A DNA stretch of 64,000 nucleotides. Origin: Desulfomonilia bacterium. GTDB taxonomy: Bacteria > Desulfobacterota > Desulfomonilia > UBA1062. The first letter of the stretch is position 1. Each line of letters opens with the position of its first letter. Below are positions 38,459 through 48,100 of this stretch, in pieces. The notes under the pieces were generated by a model, which did no database searches, was not told the DNA's origin, and saw only the letters and a list, made by a program, of their open reading frames with translations. The position numbers and the translations under genes were made by a program. The stretch is taken from assembly GCA_963664325.2 (NCBI GenBank), contig CAXXDQ010000009.1, forward strand, positions 12,871 to 76,870, read 5' to 3'.

Positions 38459-39775
38459 ATGAAGGAACTGACACCAAGACAGATCGTAAACGAGCTGGAC
38501 AAGTACATAATCGGCCAGGACAAGGCGAAAAAGGCCGTTGCCATAGCGCTCAGGAACAGGCTCCGCCGGCTCAAGGTGACCGGCGATATGAAGGACGACA
38601 TCTATCCTAAAAACATAATACTGATAGGCCCAACGGGTGTGGGAAAAACCGAGATAGCAAGGAGGCTTTCCAAGCTCTCTAATGCGCCTTTCATAAAGGT
38701 CGAGGCCTCGAAATATACCGAAGTGGGCTACGTCGGGCGCGATGTCGAATCCATGATAAGGGACCTCGTCCGCATGGGTGTGGCTATGGTGCAGAAGGAG
38801 GAGAGCGAAAACGTCAAGCAGAAGGCAATCGAGAATGCAAAGGAAAGGCTCCTCGACGCCCTTCTGCCGCTCAACAGGGACGCGCAGGAGACGCATGCCG
38901 AGACCCGGGACAAGTTCAAGGCCATGCTAGAAGCGGGCCAGATGGACGACAGAATGGTCGAGATAGAGATGAGCGAAGGCCAGATGCCTCATGTCGAGAT
39001 ATTCTCGGGCCAGGGCATGGAAGAGATGGGGTTCGACTTCCAGGGCATGCTGTCCAACATCATGCCCAAACGCTCGAAAAGAAGAAAGATGAAGGTCAGG
39101 GACGCCCTGGAATTCATGATCAACGAAGAAATAGGCCGTCTCATCGACATGGACAAGGTCTCCCAGATCGCCAGGGAGCGTGTTGAAAATTCGGGCATCG
39201 TCTTTATCGACGAGCTCGACAAGGTCGCAGGGCGCGAATCAGGCAAAACAGGCCCTGATGTGTCGCGCGAAGGCGTGCAGCGCGACCTGCTTCCCATAGT
39301 GGAGGGCACCACGGTCAACACGCGCTTCGGCCCGGTAAAGACCGACCACATATTGTTCGTAGGTTCGGGCGCTTTCCATGTGAGCAAGCCGTCCGACCTC
39401 ATCCCCGAGCTTCAGGGCCGTTTTCCCATCAGGGAGGAGCTACAGCCGCTAACGGTAAAGGATTTTGTCAGGATACTCACCGAACCCAAGAACGCGCTCA
39501 CCAAGCAGTACAAGGTCCTGCTCGCCACCGACGGGGTCGACCTGACGTTCACTGAAGATTCGGTTGAAGAGATCGCCCTCATAGCCGAATACATAAACGA
39601 GCATACCGAAAACATCGGAGCCAGAAGGCTGCACACCGTCATTGAAAAGCTGCTCGAAGAGATATCATTCAGAGCCCCTGACGAGGGCGGCAGGATAACA
39701 ATCACCGCAGCATATGTTAAGGAAAAGCTCGAGGCCATTATGCAGAAGGAAGACCTGAGCAGGTATATCCTGTAG
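38459..39775 (+). CDS. hslU: ATP-dependent protease ATPase subunit HslU
   Basis: [51 protein letters not shown]. Confidence 0.98.
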   Translation: MKELTPRQIVNELDKYIIGQDKAKKAVAIALRNRLRRLKVTGDMKDDIYPKNIILIGPTGVGKTEIARRLSKLSNAPFIKVEASKYTEVGYVGRDVESMIRDLVRMGVAMVQKEESENVKQKAIENAKERLLDALLPLNRDAQETHAETRDKFKAMLEAGQMDDRMVEIEMSEGQMPHVEIFSGQGMEEMGFDFQGMLSNIMPKRSKRRKMKVRDALEFMINEEIGRLIDMDKVSQIARERVENSGIVFIDELDKVAGRESGKTGPDVSREGVQRDLLPIVEGTTVNTRFGPVKTDHILFVGSGAFHVSKPSDLIPELQGRFPIREELQPLTVKDFVRILTEPKNALTKQYKVLLATDGVDLTFTEDSVEEIALIAEYINEHTENIGARRLHTVIEKLLEEISFRAPDEGGRITITAAYVKEKLEAIMQKEDLSRYIL

Positions 39776-39786
39776 GCGGCTTGAAG

Positions 39787-40767
39787 ATGGACAAAGGAAA
39801 ATTCGCGAACGAGCTCAAACCCGGGGACAAGTTCTGGGGCATATTCCTTATCGGGGAAAAAAAGATCGGCACGGCCAAGAACGGCGCTTCTTTTGTAAGA
39901 CTCACGCTGGCGGACAGGACAGGGGAGTTGAACAGCTTCATATGGGACAGGCCCCTTGAAAAGACAGCCGGCATTGAAACAGGTGATGCCGCCGGTGTGG
40001 CGGGCGTGGCCGAGGTGATGGACAGGGGCCGGCTCAGGGTGAAGATCGAGAAGATAAAAAAGCTTGAGGATTCCGAGGTGGACCTGACCCAGCTCGTACC
40101 TGCAAGCATAAGGGATTCCGCTGACATGATGGCGGAGCTGGAAGCTGTTATTTCAACTATCGATGACGTCCATATAAAAATACTTTTGCAAAGAGTCCTT
40201 GCCCGTGCGGGTTTTAAGGAAGCCTTCATAAAAACCCCGGCGGCCAAGGGCGTGCACCACAATTTTATAGGCGGGCTGCTTGAGCATACTCTCAGCGTTA
40301 TGAACGCCTGCAATGCGTTATTTCCGGCCTTCTCCCGTTACGGGCTCAACAGGGACATAATTCTTGCGGGCGCGCTTCTCCACGACATCGGAAAGATCGT
40401 TGAATACACGTCGGGCAAGATCATCGACGTGACACCGGAAGGCAGGCTGATAGGGCATATCTATATCTCTGCAAAATTCACCGATGAAGAGATCGAAGGT
40501 ATGGAGGACTTTCCCAAAGAACTAAGGCTTCAGCTTATCCACCTGATACTGAGCCACCACGGCCAGCTCGAATTCGGCTCGCCAAAGGTGCCGATGACCA
40601 AAGAGGCACTTTTCCTTCATATGGTAGACGACCTCGACGCAAAGCTCGCGGGCCTCAACTCGATTATCGAGTCCACGCCGGACAGCGACGCGTTCAGCAG
40701 CTTTTCAAACATTTACGGCAGGTATATCTACACCCGGTCCTACACCCCGCCTGTAGAAGATGAATAA
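39787..40767 (+). CDS. OB-fold + HD-domain 3'-5' exonuclease (YhaM-like)
   Basis: LADRTG, PAAKGVHH..GGLLEH, LLHDIGK, LIGHI, SHHGQLEFGSP, DDLDAK. Confidence 0.88.
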   Translation: MDKGKFANELKPGDKFWGIFLIGEKKIGTAKNGASFVRLTLADRTGELNSFIWDRPLEKTAGIETGDAAGVAGVAEVMDRGRLRVKIEKIKKLEDSEVDLTQLVPASIRDSADMMAELEAVISTIDDVHIKILLQRVLARAGFKEAFIKTPAAKGVHHNFIGGLLEHTLSVMNACNALFPAFSRYGLNRDIILAGALLHDIGKIVEYTSGKIIDVTPEGRLIGHIYISAKFTDEEIEGMEDFPKELRLQLIHLILSHHGQLEFGSPKVPMTKEALFLHMVDDLDAKLAGLNSIIESTPDSDAFSSFSNIYGRYIYTRSYTPPVEDE

Positions 40768-41044
40768 CCCCTATCAGGCATCGGTCTCTTCAAGGACCTT
40801 CTGTATCGCAGATTCATCCTGGCAAAAGAGAATGGAACAAATTTTACAGGACTGCCGCAAGTTTTGTCACAAGCATGTTATAAGTTTTGTCGAAAGTCTT
40901 CTTGCAGTAAATGACAGAAACTGAAATTGTGCAGGAGTCTTTTCCGGGGCCTGTTCCACCATTTTGCCAAGGATTAATTTGCCTAACACTTTCATCAATT
41001 TCCACATATTGTTAGGCATATACAATCAAGCCAGTTTCATACTA

Positions 41045-41094
41045 TCCATGTCGGACAGCGACGCGTTCAGCAGCTTCTCCAGCTTTACAGGCAG
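41045..41094 (+). repeat. Duplicated 3'-end segment of the yhaM-like gene
   Basis: CGGACAGCGACGCGTTCAGCAGCTT is identical at 40679-40703 and 41052-41076, within a ~50-bp imperfect repeat. Confidence 0.85.
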
Positions 41095-41145
41095 AGAACA
41101 GCATGCAGGATAAAACCCGAAGCAGGTTTTATTATCGTCGCTCCT

Positions 41146-41931
41146 TCACGGAATCAGGGCCGTTACCGCAACCGGCGATCCGGAGCCATTTTTGAGTTTA
41201 AGCACCCCTATTATCACAGTCGTTCCCGCAGGCGGCAGCTGGTCGAGGTTTGCAAGGCATTCGATAACAAGTCCGTCTTTTTCAAACACAAGCCTGTTCA
41301 CCGAAAAAGTCGTGTCAGTGCCGGGGTCGACCCCGTGGGTGTCAATCCCCAGGCCAGCCGCATTCCGCTTGTTCATAAGATATCCTGCCGCATCTGTACC
41401 GAAGCCGGGGAAATGGAGCACGCCCGCTGCATCTGCGCCTAAGAATTTTGCAGAGTCGCCCCACCTGTCCTGCCAGCCGGTGAATAGGATAACGAGCGAC
41501 CCCGCTTTTATTTCACCGTTAACCTTTTCCCAGTCTTCGATGTCTTTGACGGTGAGCCGGTAATCCGGGTTCATGCTGCAGCTTTTTCTTGCATCGATTA
41601 CGATGGCCTCAGGTATAAGTTCATGCATGTCATACGCATCGACGGGTTTGCCCTTTTCAAAGAAGCTGCCTGCCGCGTTCATATGAGTGGCGCTGTGTTC
41701 GCCCATCGAGAAGCTTCTAAGGTAATAGCCGTCTTTTATAATTGAGGCCTCGTCATGAAAAGTGACCGGCGGGTCTCCCGGCCACAGAGGGATGCCGGAG
41801 CCTATCGTGTGACTCAAGTTAGCCACCCTGGAATATCTTATTTCCTTTGCCTTTCTCTGCTCAGGCGCTACGGCGCATGATGCCAGCAGCAGACAGACCG
41901 TAACAACAGTGATTATTCTTTCATTCATCAT
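41146..41931 (-). CDS. Cyclase-family (kynurenine formamidase-like) lipoprotein
   Basis: Lipobox LLASC, NLSH..WPGDP, EHSATHMNA, HFPGF, GIDTHGVD, GSGSP. Confidence 0.85.
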   Translation of the reverse strand: MMNERIITVVTVCLLLASCAVAPEQRKAKEIRYSRVANLSHTIGSGIPLWPGDPPVTFHDEASIIKDGYYLRSFSMGEHSATHMNAAGSFFEKGKPVDAYDMHELIPEAIVIDARKSCSMNPDYRLTVKDIEDWEKVNGEIKAGSLVILFTGWQDRWGDSAKFLGADAAGVLHFPGFGTDAAGYLMNKRNAAGLGIDTHGVDPGTDTTFSVNRLVFEKDGLVIECLANLDQLPPAGTTVIIGVLKLKNGSGSPVAVTALIP

Positions 41932-42030
41932 GCCTTTGAATATTCTCAAAAGCCGGGGATTACATCAACCGCTTTCTCATTAACAGGTATTTTATCTTTC
42001 ATTATTAAACTAATACTTCATGAAATATAA

Positions 42031-42456
42031 TCAGGAAGTTTTTATACCGGTATCAGATAAACAATTAAATAATTTACTGGCAAGCGCTTGCATATCTGAT
42101 AGTTCGCATTCCCAGATCACAATAACCTTCCAGCCGAGTAATTCCAATTCAGATTTGTTTCTGCTGTCTCTTTCCATGTTGCTCTTAAATTTTTTTTCCC
42201 AGAAACTCACTCTAGATTTAGGAAAGTATGCATACTGACAAGCTTCATGTCGATGCCAGAAACAACCATGTACAAAAACAATTGTTTTGTATTTTGGAAG
42301 AATTATATCCGGTTTACCCGGAAGGCTTTTTCGGTGAAGCCTGAATCTGTAACCCATATGATGCAGCATTGATCGGACAGTTAGTTCTGGTTTTGTATTA
42401 GCTGCGCAAATCCTGCTCATGTTCCAGCTTCGGCGTTCAGGAGTCAGTCTATCCAT
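42031..42456 (-). CDS. vsr: Very short patch repair endonuclease
   Basis: MDRLTPERRSWNMSRI..NTKPE, LPGKPDI, FVHGCFWHRH, IWECEL. Confidence 0.95.
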   Translation of the reverse strand: MDRLTPERRSWNMSRICAANTKPELTVRSMLHHMGYRFRLHRKSLPGKPDIILPKYKTIVFVHGCFWHRHEACQYAYFPKSRVSFWEKKFKSNMERDSRNKSELELLGWKVIVIWECELSDMQALASKLFNCLSDTGIKTS

Positions 42457-43697
42457 TTCCCTAGCTCAGGAACACTCTGTTGTTGTAGTCTGATATGATC
42501 GATAAACCCTTGGAGTGTCAGCAATGAGTTTCTCCATTCCTTCGGAAATGATGTTAGAAAAGTTGAGGGTACAACAAGTTCGACATTACTATCTTTCATC
42601 TCTTTTAGTTGATGGCCCGAAACCCCCTGTTGAAGGGTAAAAAGATGTTTGGTCCTAATCCGGTTAGCCTCATTCAGAACTTGTCGCCAACGGTCTTTAC
42701 AACATGTTTTTGATGCCAGCATATGCAGTTTAACAGCAGGAAAGTCATCGTCATGATAGGCTCTCCCAGAAGGAAACAGAAAGTCGGGTTTTTTTCGATT
42801 TTCAGTAGTAACTTGTGTTTCAAATGCAATCTGCTCATCTCGAAAGATAGATTCCAGATTTAATTCCAGAGATGTTCCGGTTCTTGATTTTCGACGGTTA
42901 GAAACAGAATGTGCATATTTGATAAATTTTTCAACAGAATCAAATCCATTTCGGATATTGGGTAGAACTTCCTGCTGCTCGATTTTCTCGAAAATTTGAA
43001 ATTCAAGATCCCGGCGTTTTAATAATAGTTCATCTATGGAACGTTCCCAATTGGCATGGGGCAGAAGATTGACAACATACATAAAAATATCGTGTCCGGA
43101 AGGAAAGGCATTCAGCCATTCAGCAGGTATGATGAAATCTGGTAAACTTGGTTGATCAACCATTTCAGGATAACGCATGATAATACGTCCCGGTTCTACT
43201 TCCTCCCCGAGCCAACTCTCTATCGTGTTTTCTTCTTCAATAGAAGAAGCAACCCATGTAACTGCCACAGAATTTATTTGTGTTCTAAAGACACCGAAAA
43301 TACATATACTTCCAGTATTTTCAACATCCTGTATAGGGTTTGTTCTGCCACCCCATCTTGTTACCCTGAATTCATCATATTTTTTCTTAAGATTCTTTTC
43401 AGGAAAGAATTTGGAGTTATAATAGATTACTCTCAGGTTTTTTTTAATAATTATGTCAGCATTCGGTATGTAGCACTCATCAAGAAAAATGTCTGGATTG
43501 TACTTTTCTTTTGTGCATATTTCTGGGAAGGTTCTTTCAACATAAGCCTTTGGAAGATATAGACCTGATTGATGTCCTCCTGTTAGACCAGTGTCATTTC
43601 CTGATAGACGCTTTACAAACCATATGAAATTACGTCTATCTATTTCTTCAAGAAATCTAGTTATGGAAAGAGATCTGAATATTGTCTGAATGTCCAA
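42444..43697 (-). CDS. EcoRII-like type IIE restriction endonuclease
   Basis: N-terminal effector domain KRLSGNDTGLTGGHQSG..RVTRWG..ENTG; C-terminal NRRKSRTG.SLE, KPDFLFP, KTCCKDRWRQV. Confidence 0.92.
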   Translation of the reverse strand: MDIQTIFRSLSITRFLEEIDRRNFIWFVKRLSGNDTGLTGGHQSGLYLPKAYVERTFPEICTKEKYNPDIFLDECYIPNADIIIKKNLRVIYYNSKFFPEKNLKKKYDEFRVTRWGGRTNPIQDVENTGSICIFGVFRTQINSVAVTWVASSIEEENTIESWLGEEVEPGRIIMRYPEMVDQPSLPDFIIPAEWLNAFPSGHDIFMYVVNLLPHANWERSIDELLLKRRDLEFQIFEKIEQQEVLPNIRNGFDSVEKFIKYAHSVSNRRKSRTGTSLELNLESIFRDEQIAFETQVTTENRKKPDFLFPSGRAYHDDDFPAVKLHMLASKTCCKDRWRQVLNEANRIRTKHLFTLQQGVSGHQLKEMKDSNVELVVPSTFLTSFPKEWRNSLLTLQGFIDHIRLQQQSVPELGKWID

Positions 43698-44999
43698 CTA
43701 CATCCTCCTTAAAACATCAGCAATTAATCGAGCTGAAGAATTAACAGAAGGGACGACAACACTATTGCCAATTTGTTTATAAGCTTGCGTATTTGACACA
43801 GGAAATAAAAATTTATTTGGATCATATCCTTGTAATTGCATTGCTTCTTCTATTGTTAGTCGTCTTGGTCTATCGTTTTCCTGTGCAATAAGAATTTCAG
43901 CACCATCCTTATGGTAACGTGCAGAAATTGTTCTTGTAACTTCTCCTCTTTTGATTGGAAGATGATGAATTCCATAACCAAATCCGTTCCCATGTGAAGC
44001 ATGATGTGCTTTATGTCTTATAAGTGTATCCCATGTACCAGGACCTAATGTATATCCGTGAACCTTTTCTTTTATAATTGTATTCAATTCCGGATAAATA
44101 TAATCATCAGAGGGAAAATCAGGTATAATTATATTCTTTTTTTCAATCTTTATTTGCATAGGATCAAAACCAATTATAAAAAGTCTTTCTCTGTGTTGAG
44201 GAACCCATTTAACACCATCAATTATATCCCAGTTTATTACATATTCGAGTTGGTCTTCTAAACAATGCCTTATCACTTCAAACGTTTTACCATTGTCATG
44301 CGATAGAAGATTTTTAACATTTTCCAGCATGAAAGCTCTTGGCCGTTTAATCCTTAAAATTTCTTTTATTTCAAAAAATAAAGTTCCCTGTGTTTCATCT
44401 TCAAATCCATGCTTTCTTCCTAATGAGTTTTTCTTTGAAACTCCCGCTAATGAAAATGGCTGACATGGAAAACCTGCACAAAGTATATCATGATCTGGTA
44501 TTTCTGATTTTTGAATATTTCTTATATCACCATATGGAAACTCTCCGAAATTAGCTTCATATGTCTGCTGAGCATATTTATCCCATTCACTGGAAAAGAT
44601 GCACTTTCCACCGGCTTGTTGAAATGCCAGACGAAATCCTCCTATGCCTGCAAACAAATCAATAAAGGTAAACTCCCAAGTTGATGGTGGTGGATAAGGT
44701 ATGTCTTCAAAGAAAACATCAAACCTTTTCTGATAGAAATCCTGAGGTTCAAAAATGCAATTTCGATTATCATATTCTGTATGTTCAACTAATTTTCGTT
44801 GCAAGTATGAAATACATTCATTGCGCATGGAATTTGTAAACAAAGGTATCTTAAAGTAAGGATTCTGCAACCAATGACTTACTGAAGCATTGATTTCATC
44901 TTTTTCTATTTGATTAATCCATGGTTTATTGATGAGCAGAGAAACAAGACTAGAATGTAAGTTTTTACTGTTTAATATTTTCTGTTTATCCAAGCTCAT
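43698..44999 (-). CDS. dcm: C5 DNA cytosine methyltransferase (Dcm/M.EcoRII-like) with N-terminal extension
   Basis: DLFAGIGG, GFPCQPFS, ENVKNL, PQHRER, TRD GNGFGYG..TISARYHKDGAEIL, YKQIGNSV. Confidence 0.93.
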   Translation of the reverse strand: MSLDKQKILNSKNLHSSLVSLLINKPWINQIEKDEINASVSHWLQNPYFKIPLFTNSMRNECISYLQRKLVEHTEYDNRNCIFEPQDFYQKRFDVFFEDIPYPPPSTWEFTFIDLFAGIGGFRLAFQQAGGKCIFSSEWDKYAQQTYEANFGEFPYGDIRNIQKSEIPDHDILCAGFPCQPFSLAGVSKKNSLGRKHGFEDETQGTLFFEIKEILRIKRPRAFMLENVKNLLSHDNGKTFEVIRHCLEDQLEYVINWDIIDGVKWVPQHRERLFIIGFDPMQIKIEKKNIIIPDFPSDDYIYPELNTIIKEKVHGYTLGPGTWDTLIRHKAHHASHGNGFGYGIHHLPIKRGEVTRTISARYHKDGAEILIAQENDRPRRLTIEEAMQLQGYDPNKFLFPVSNTQAYKQIGNSVVVPSVNSSARLIADVLRRM

Positions 45000-45208
45000 C
45001 CTGATTAAGTTATATAAGCATGATTATAGTTTGTCCAGTTATTATAAAGATGATTTTTTAACTCAATTTCATTTTTTAAAACTCTTTTTAAACAAACGTC
45101 AGTTTAAAAATTGACTTGGGAATATAACTTTAAAAGAAGCTCAGCAGGTACAATTTTTATATAAACGAACCTTCCCTTTAACTTGTTTTCTGAACAACAA
45201 TAATAGCT

Positions 45209-45238
45209 TTTTAACATGTCATCAGGCACATGTTAAAG
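45209..45238. other. Inverted repeat TTTAACATGT-N8-ACATGTTAAA (radC terminator or binding site)
   Basis: Perfect 10-bp arms; a third TTAACATG copy at 45252-45259. Confidence 0.45.
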
Positions 45239-45266
45239 AAACTCTGTTTTGTTAACATGAAATAAT

Positions 45267-45965
45267 TTAAACCGATGTATCCGGCATGAGCCCTTCCTTT
45301 GAGAAGCTCAGGAAGTCGCCGCCCGCAATGATGATGTGGTCTTGGACCTTTATGTCAATATGGTTAAGCGCGTCCGCAAGCTGGCGGGTGAGTTCGATAT
45401 CGCTTTGCGATGGCTTGAGCGTTCCCGACGGATGGTTGTGCGCAAGTATCACCGAGCACGCCTTGTGGCGGATGGCTTCCTCCACAACCTTGCGAGGCAG
45501 TATCTGCGCCTCCTTTACCGTGCCGGAGCTTACGAGCGCCGCATAGTTCACCTTGAGCTGGGCATCGAGGCAGAGCACATAAAACACCTCTTCCGTACGG
45601 CCGGCCATGAGCGGGAACACATACCTGGCGGCCTTTTCCGGATCGCTCAGATGAGGGCTTTCCTTTGAAATCCTGTCTTTCATGTATCTTCGCATCGCAT
45701 GCGGCAGCATCGAGAGGAAAGCGGCCGCGCCAAGCCCCATGCCTTCGACCGCAGCAAGGTCTTTCGGGTCGGCCTCAAGCACGGCGGAGAGGCTGCCGAA
45801 CCTCTTTAAAAGCCTGTGGGCGACAGGGTTTGTGTCGCTTCTGGGAATGGCGTAAAAAAGCAGCAGCTCAAGAACCTGATGGTCTTCAAAGGCATCGAGC
45901 CCCTCTTCAAAAAAGCGCTTTCTCAAGCGCTCCCTGTGGCCCGAATGAAGGTTTTCTTTGGTCAT
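45267..45965 (-). CDS. radC: RadC/JAB-domain protein
   Basis: GHRERLRKRF, LELLLFYAIPR, HNHPSG..PS.SD, DHIII. Confidence 0.93.
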   Translation of the reverse strand: MTKENLHSGHRERLRKRFFEEGLDAFEDHQVLELLLFYAIPRSDTNPVAHRLLKRFGSLSAVLEADPKDLAAVEGMGLGAAAFLSMLPHAMRRYMKDRISKESPHLSDPEKAARYVFPLMAGRTEEVFYVLCLDAQLKVNYAALVSSGTVKEAQILPRKVVEEAIRHKACSVILAHNHPSGTLKPSQSDIELTRQLADALNHIDIKVQDHIIIAGGDFLSFSKEGLMPDTSV

Positions 45966-46017
45966 GCGCCTCTCCTTTTCACCGGAATTCCAATTTCAAA
46001 AACGTCTTTCCCGGCCG

Positions 46018-46278
46018 TCATTCAACCATAATTTTTCGGCTCAAGATATCGCATTTGCAGGTCAGGCAGCAGTGATGCCTGGGATCGCTCAATATGGCGG
46101 ATGTGAATGCGGCGAGGTTAGTCCCCCTGCATCTTGCCGAAGGAGCGAGCAGCCCGGGATGGCCTTCCCTGTGCAGCCTTTCACCTATCTGGTGTGTCAG
46201 GCTGTAATCATTGCCGGTGAGTCCGGGAAACTTCTTTTCTTTTCCCGTCAGATCGATAAGCACGGCAGTGCCATGCAT
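46018..46278 (-). pseudogene. RES-domain protein C-terminal fragment
   Basis: LIDL...DYSLTHQIG..L...GHPGLLAPSAR..GTNLAAF resembles the RES C-terminus; N-terminal R/E residues and antitoxin absent. Confidence 0.65.
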
Positions 46279-46297
46279 TGAAAGGATGCCTCTTTCA

Positions 46298-46323
46298 GGG
46301 AGATGACCGGAAGATCATCTCCC
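46298..46323 (-). terminator. Hairpin after the 46333 gene
   Basis: GGGAGATGA-N8-TCATCTCCC. Confidence 0.55.
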
Positions 46324-46332
46324 CGTATGCGC

Positions 46333-47997
46333 TTATGGCTTTAGGCTGATTTGCCAGCCGGCGATGGACCATGTCCCCAGATCACCTGAAAAGTCGCATG
46401 TGCCGTTATTAATAAAGGTGGCCAGAACTTCACTTGCGTTAAGGTTCATATGACCCGATGTCCAGATCCCTGCGGTACTGCGGCTGATTGTCCCGCTGCC
46501 GACCGGATCGATTATATCCTCCGGTGAGGAAACGGTTATCACTCCTGTCATGCCTGGGATTGTAAGTTTACCGTTGACAGAGAGCAGCGTCTGGGACCCC
46601 GGTTGCCACTGACGGTAGCGAACGCCGGTCTCAGGGAATGTATAAGCATTACCGTTGAGGGTGAAACCGCCGCTCAAGGTGTAATCCCTGTAATCGAGAG
46701 TTGATACCGGGTAGGTTATGAGGATGGGAAGAATATAGGCATTCATGGGAATGGTGGACGCGCCCGAGGTGTAGTCCGGATCATTTTCTCCATAGTAGGC
46801 CACATACGATATCTTCCACTGGTTATAGTCTACCTCTCCAATAGGATCGGGATACACGGCTTTCAGGGTATTCAGGGCAGTAATCGTCACCGAGTGCACG
46901 TACAATTCATCCAACCCGGCCGAGGTGGCTTTTATGTAGCCGGTTACATCTGCCGTGAGGGCAGCCACGCCAGTACCACTGCCATAGTACAGGCAGTTGT
47001 TCCATGGATACCCAGTGGTGGCATCGAATTTTACAGTCAAATTCCCGCTGAAGGAAAGGTACCCGTTCTTTGTAGCCCCGGGATCAACATAAACACTGCT
47101 TACAACCCCGGGAATGGTGGTGTCGTTAAATGTTCTCGAGCCGCCGAGCAGGACTGCTAAAAGCTTGGTTATCAAATTGGGATCATCGAAGATCGTGTTC
47201 AAAACAAAATCTCCGGCGACAGTGTTCAAGTCATTCAACATTACATCATAGAGGGGTGCGTCATCGTAAGTACTGTCTGCACGGTTATACCCTATACCTG
47301 CATATGCTGTGTAAAGGGCATCCTGCGCTTGATCACGTGTCGTAAACCCCGGGTTGGAACGTGTTACCACAATGGTATAAGTCTTGGTAGTCGTCCCATC
47401 CTCGGCTTTGACCACGATAGTGATGGAGTTGTCCCCCAAGCTCAGGGGTATTGGTGTTGAAGCCGTACCGGAGACAACCGCCGAGCTGTTCACTGTAATG
47501 GTTGCATTTACCCCGGCCGATGTGGGTGTAACCGTGAGCGAGGAAACGGCATCCGGCACCTGGGTCGTGTAGCTGAGAGTGCCGGACTGAAAAGCAGGAG
47601 TGAGCGTGCCCTGTGAAATAATCAGGCTGGAGAGGTCGGCGATATGGTTGAGGCCTTCAGCCTGCACATGGACTACCCAGGAGTGTTTACCCTTTCCGAA
47701 GATGCTGGTCTCCGTAACAGAAACGGTATGATCCCCGATGTCTGCAGTGCCTGGTATATAGGTGAAGTATCGTGTTTTGAACGCCGGAACAACTACATCA
47801 TCAAGCGTCCAGACAAAGTTTGTCGGTACTGGAAATGTCTTGATCTCAAAGGTGCATGGTTCCGCCACCTTCAGGGTGACCGGCGACGGCGGCGAGGCGG
47901 ACAGGATACACCCGTTCAGCATGACAACGGCCATGAACAAAAAGAGTACCCCCAATAATCTCTTCATCACTGATCTATATTTCCATTTATTCATCAT
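46333..47997 (-). CDS. Surface lipoprotein: Ig-like + cadherin-like beta-sandwich + unrecognised C-terminal domain (paralogue of 15795)
   Basis: Lipobox LNGC; ADLSSL..GTLTPAF..SYT..V...ATITVN...LSLGDNSITIVVKAEDG..KTYTIVVTR; GGAGG RBS. Confidence 0.85.
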   Translation of the reverse strand: MMNKWKYRSVMKRLLGVLFLFMAVVMLNGCILSASPPSPVTLKVAEPCTFEIKTFPVPTNFVWTLDDVVVPAFKTRYFTYIPGTADIGDHTVSVTETSIFGKGKHSWVVHVQAEGLNHIADLSSLIISQGTLTPAFQSGTLSYTTQVPDAVSSLTVTPTSAGVNATITVNSSAVVSGTASTPIPLSLGDNSITIVVKAEDGTTTKTYTIVVTRSNPGFTTRDQAQDALYTAYAGIGYNRADSTYDDAPLYDVMLNDLNTVAGDFVLNTIFDDPNLITKLLAVLLGGSRTFNDTTIPGVVSSVYVDPGATKNGYLSFSGNLTVKFDATTGYPWNNCLYYGSGTGVAALTADVTGYIKATSAGLDELYVHSVTITALNTLKAVYPDPIGEVDYNQWKISYVAYYGENDPDYTSGASTIPMNAYILPILITYPVSTLDYRDYTLSGGFTLNGNAYTFPETGVRYRQWQPGSQTLLSVNGKLTIPGMTGVITVSSPEDIIDPVGSGTISRSTAGIWTSGHMNLNASEVLATFINNGTCDFSGDLGTWSIAGWQISLKP

Positions 47998-48100
47998 TAT
48001 TCCTCCCTCTTTTAGGCATTGTTTTATTAAAACCTGATAAAGAAAGCAGAACATTCTATCGTGGCTGATTTTTGAACAATATTCTGTATATCAACTAATG

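Larger units (their letters stand above)
42019..45264 (-). mobile_element. AT-rich restriction-modification cassette bounded by CATGAAATA direct repeats
   Basis: Sharp composition shift; CATGAAATA at 42019-42027 and 45256-45264. Confidence 0.55.

Noticed and set aside
37952-38896. Long antisense ORFs (this one, 4641-5432, 20758-21300, 56182-56748 and others)
   Set aside because: They are shadows of well-conserved genes on the opposite strand, with no recognisable motifs.
34600-40770. Visibly GC-richer stretch as a horizontally acquired island
   Set aside because: It contains core genes (xerC, hslVU, tRNA) in expected order. The composition shift was judged only by eye and not quantified.
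40672-41094. Repeat pair as DGR template/variable repeat
   Set aside because: Mismatches are not confined to adenines, the repeat is only ~50 bp, and no reverse transcriptase is present in the window.
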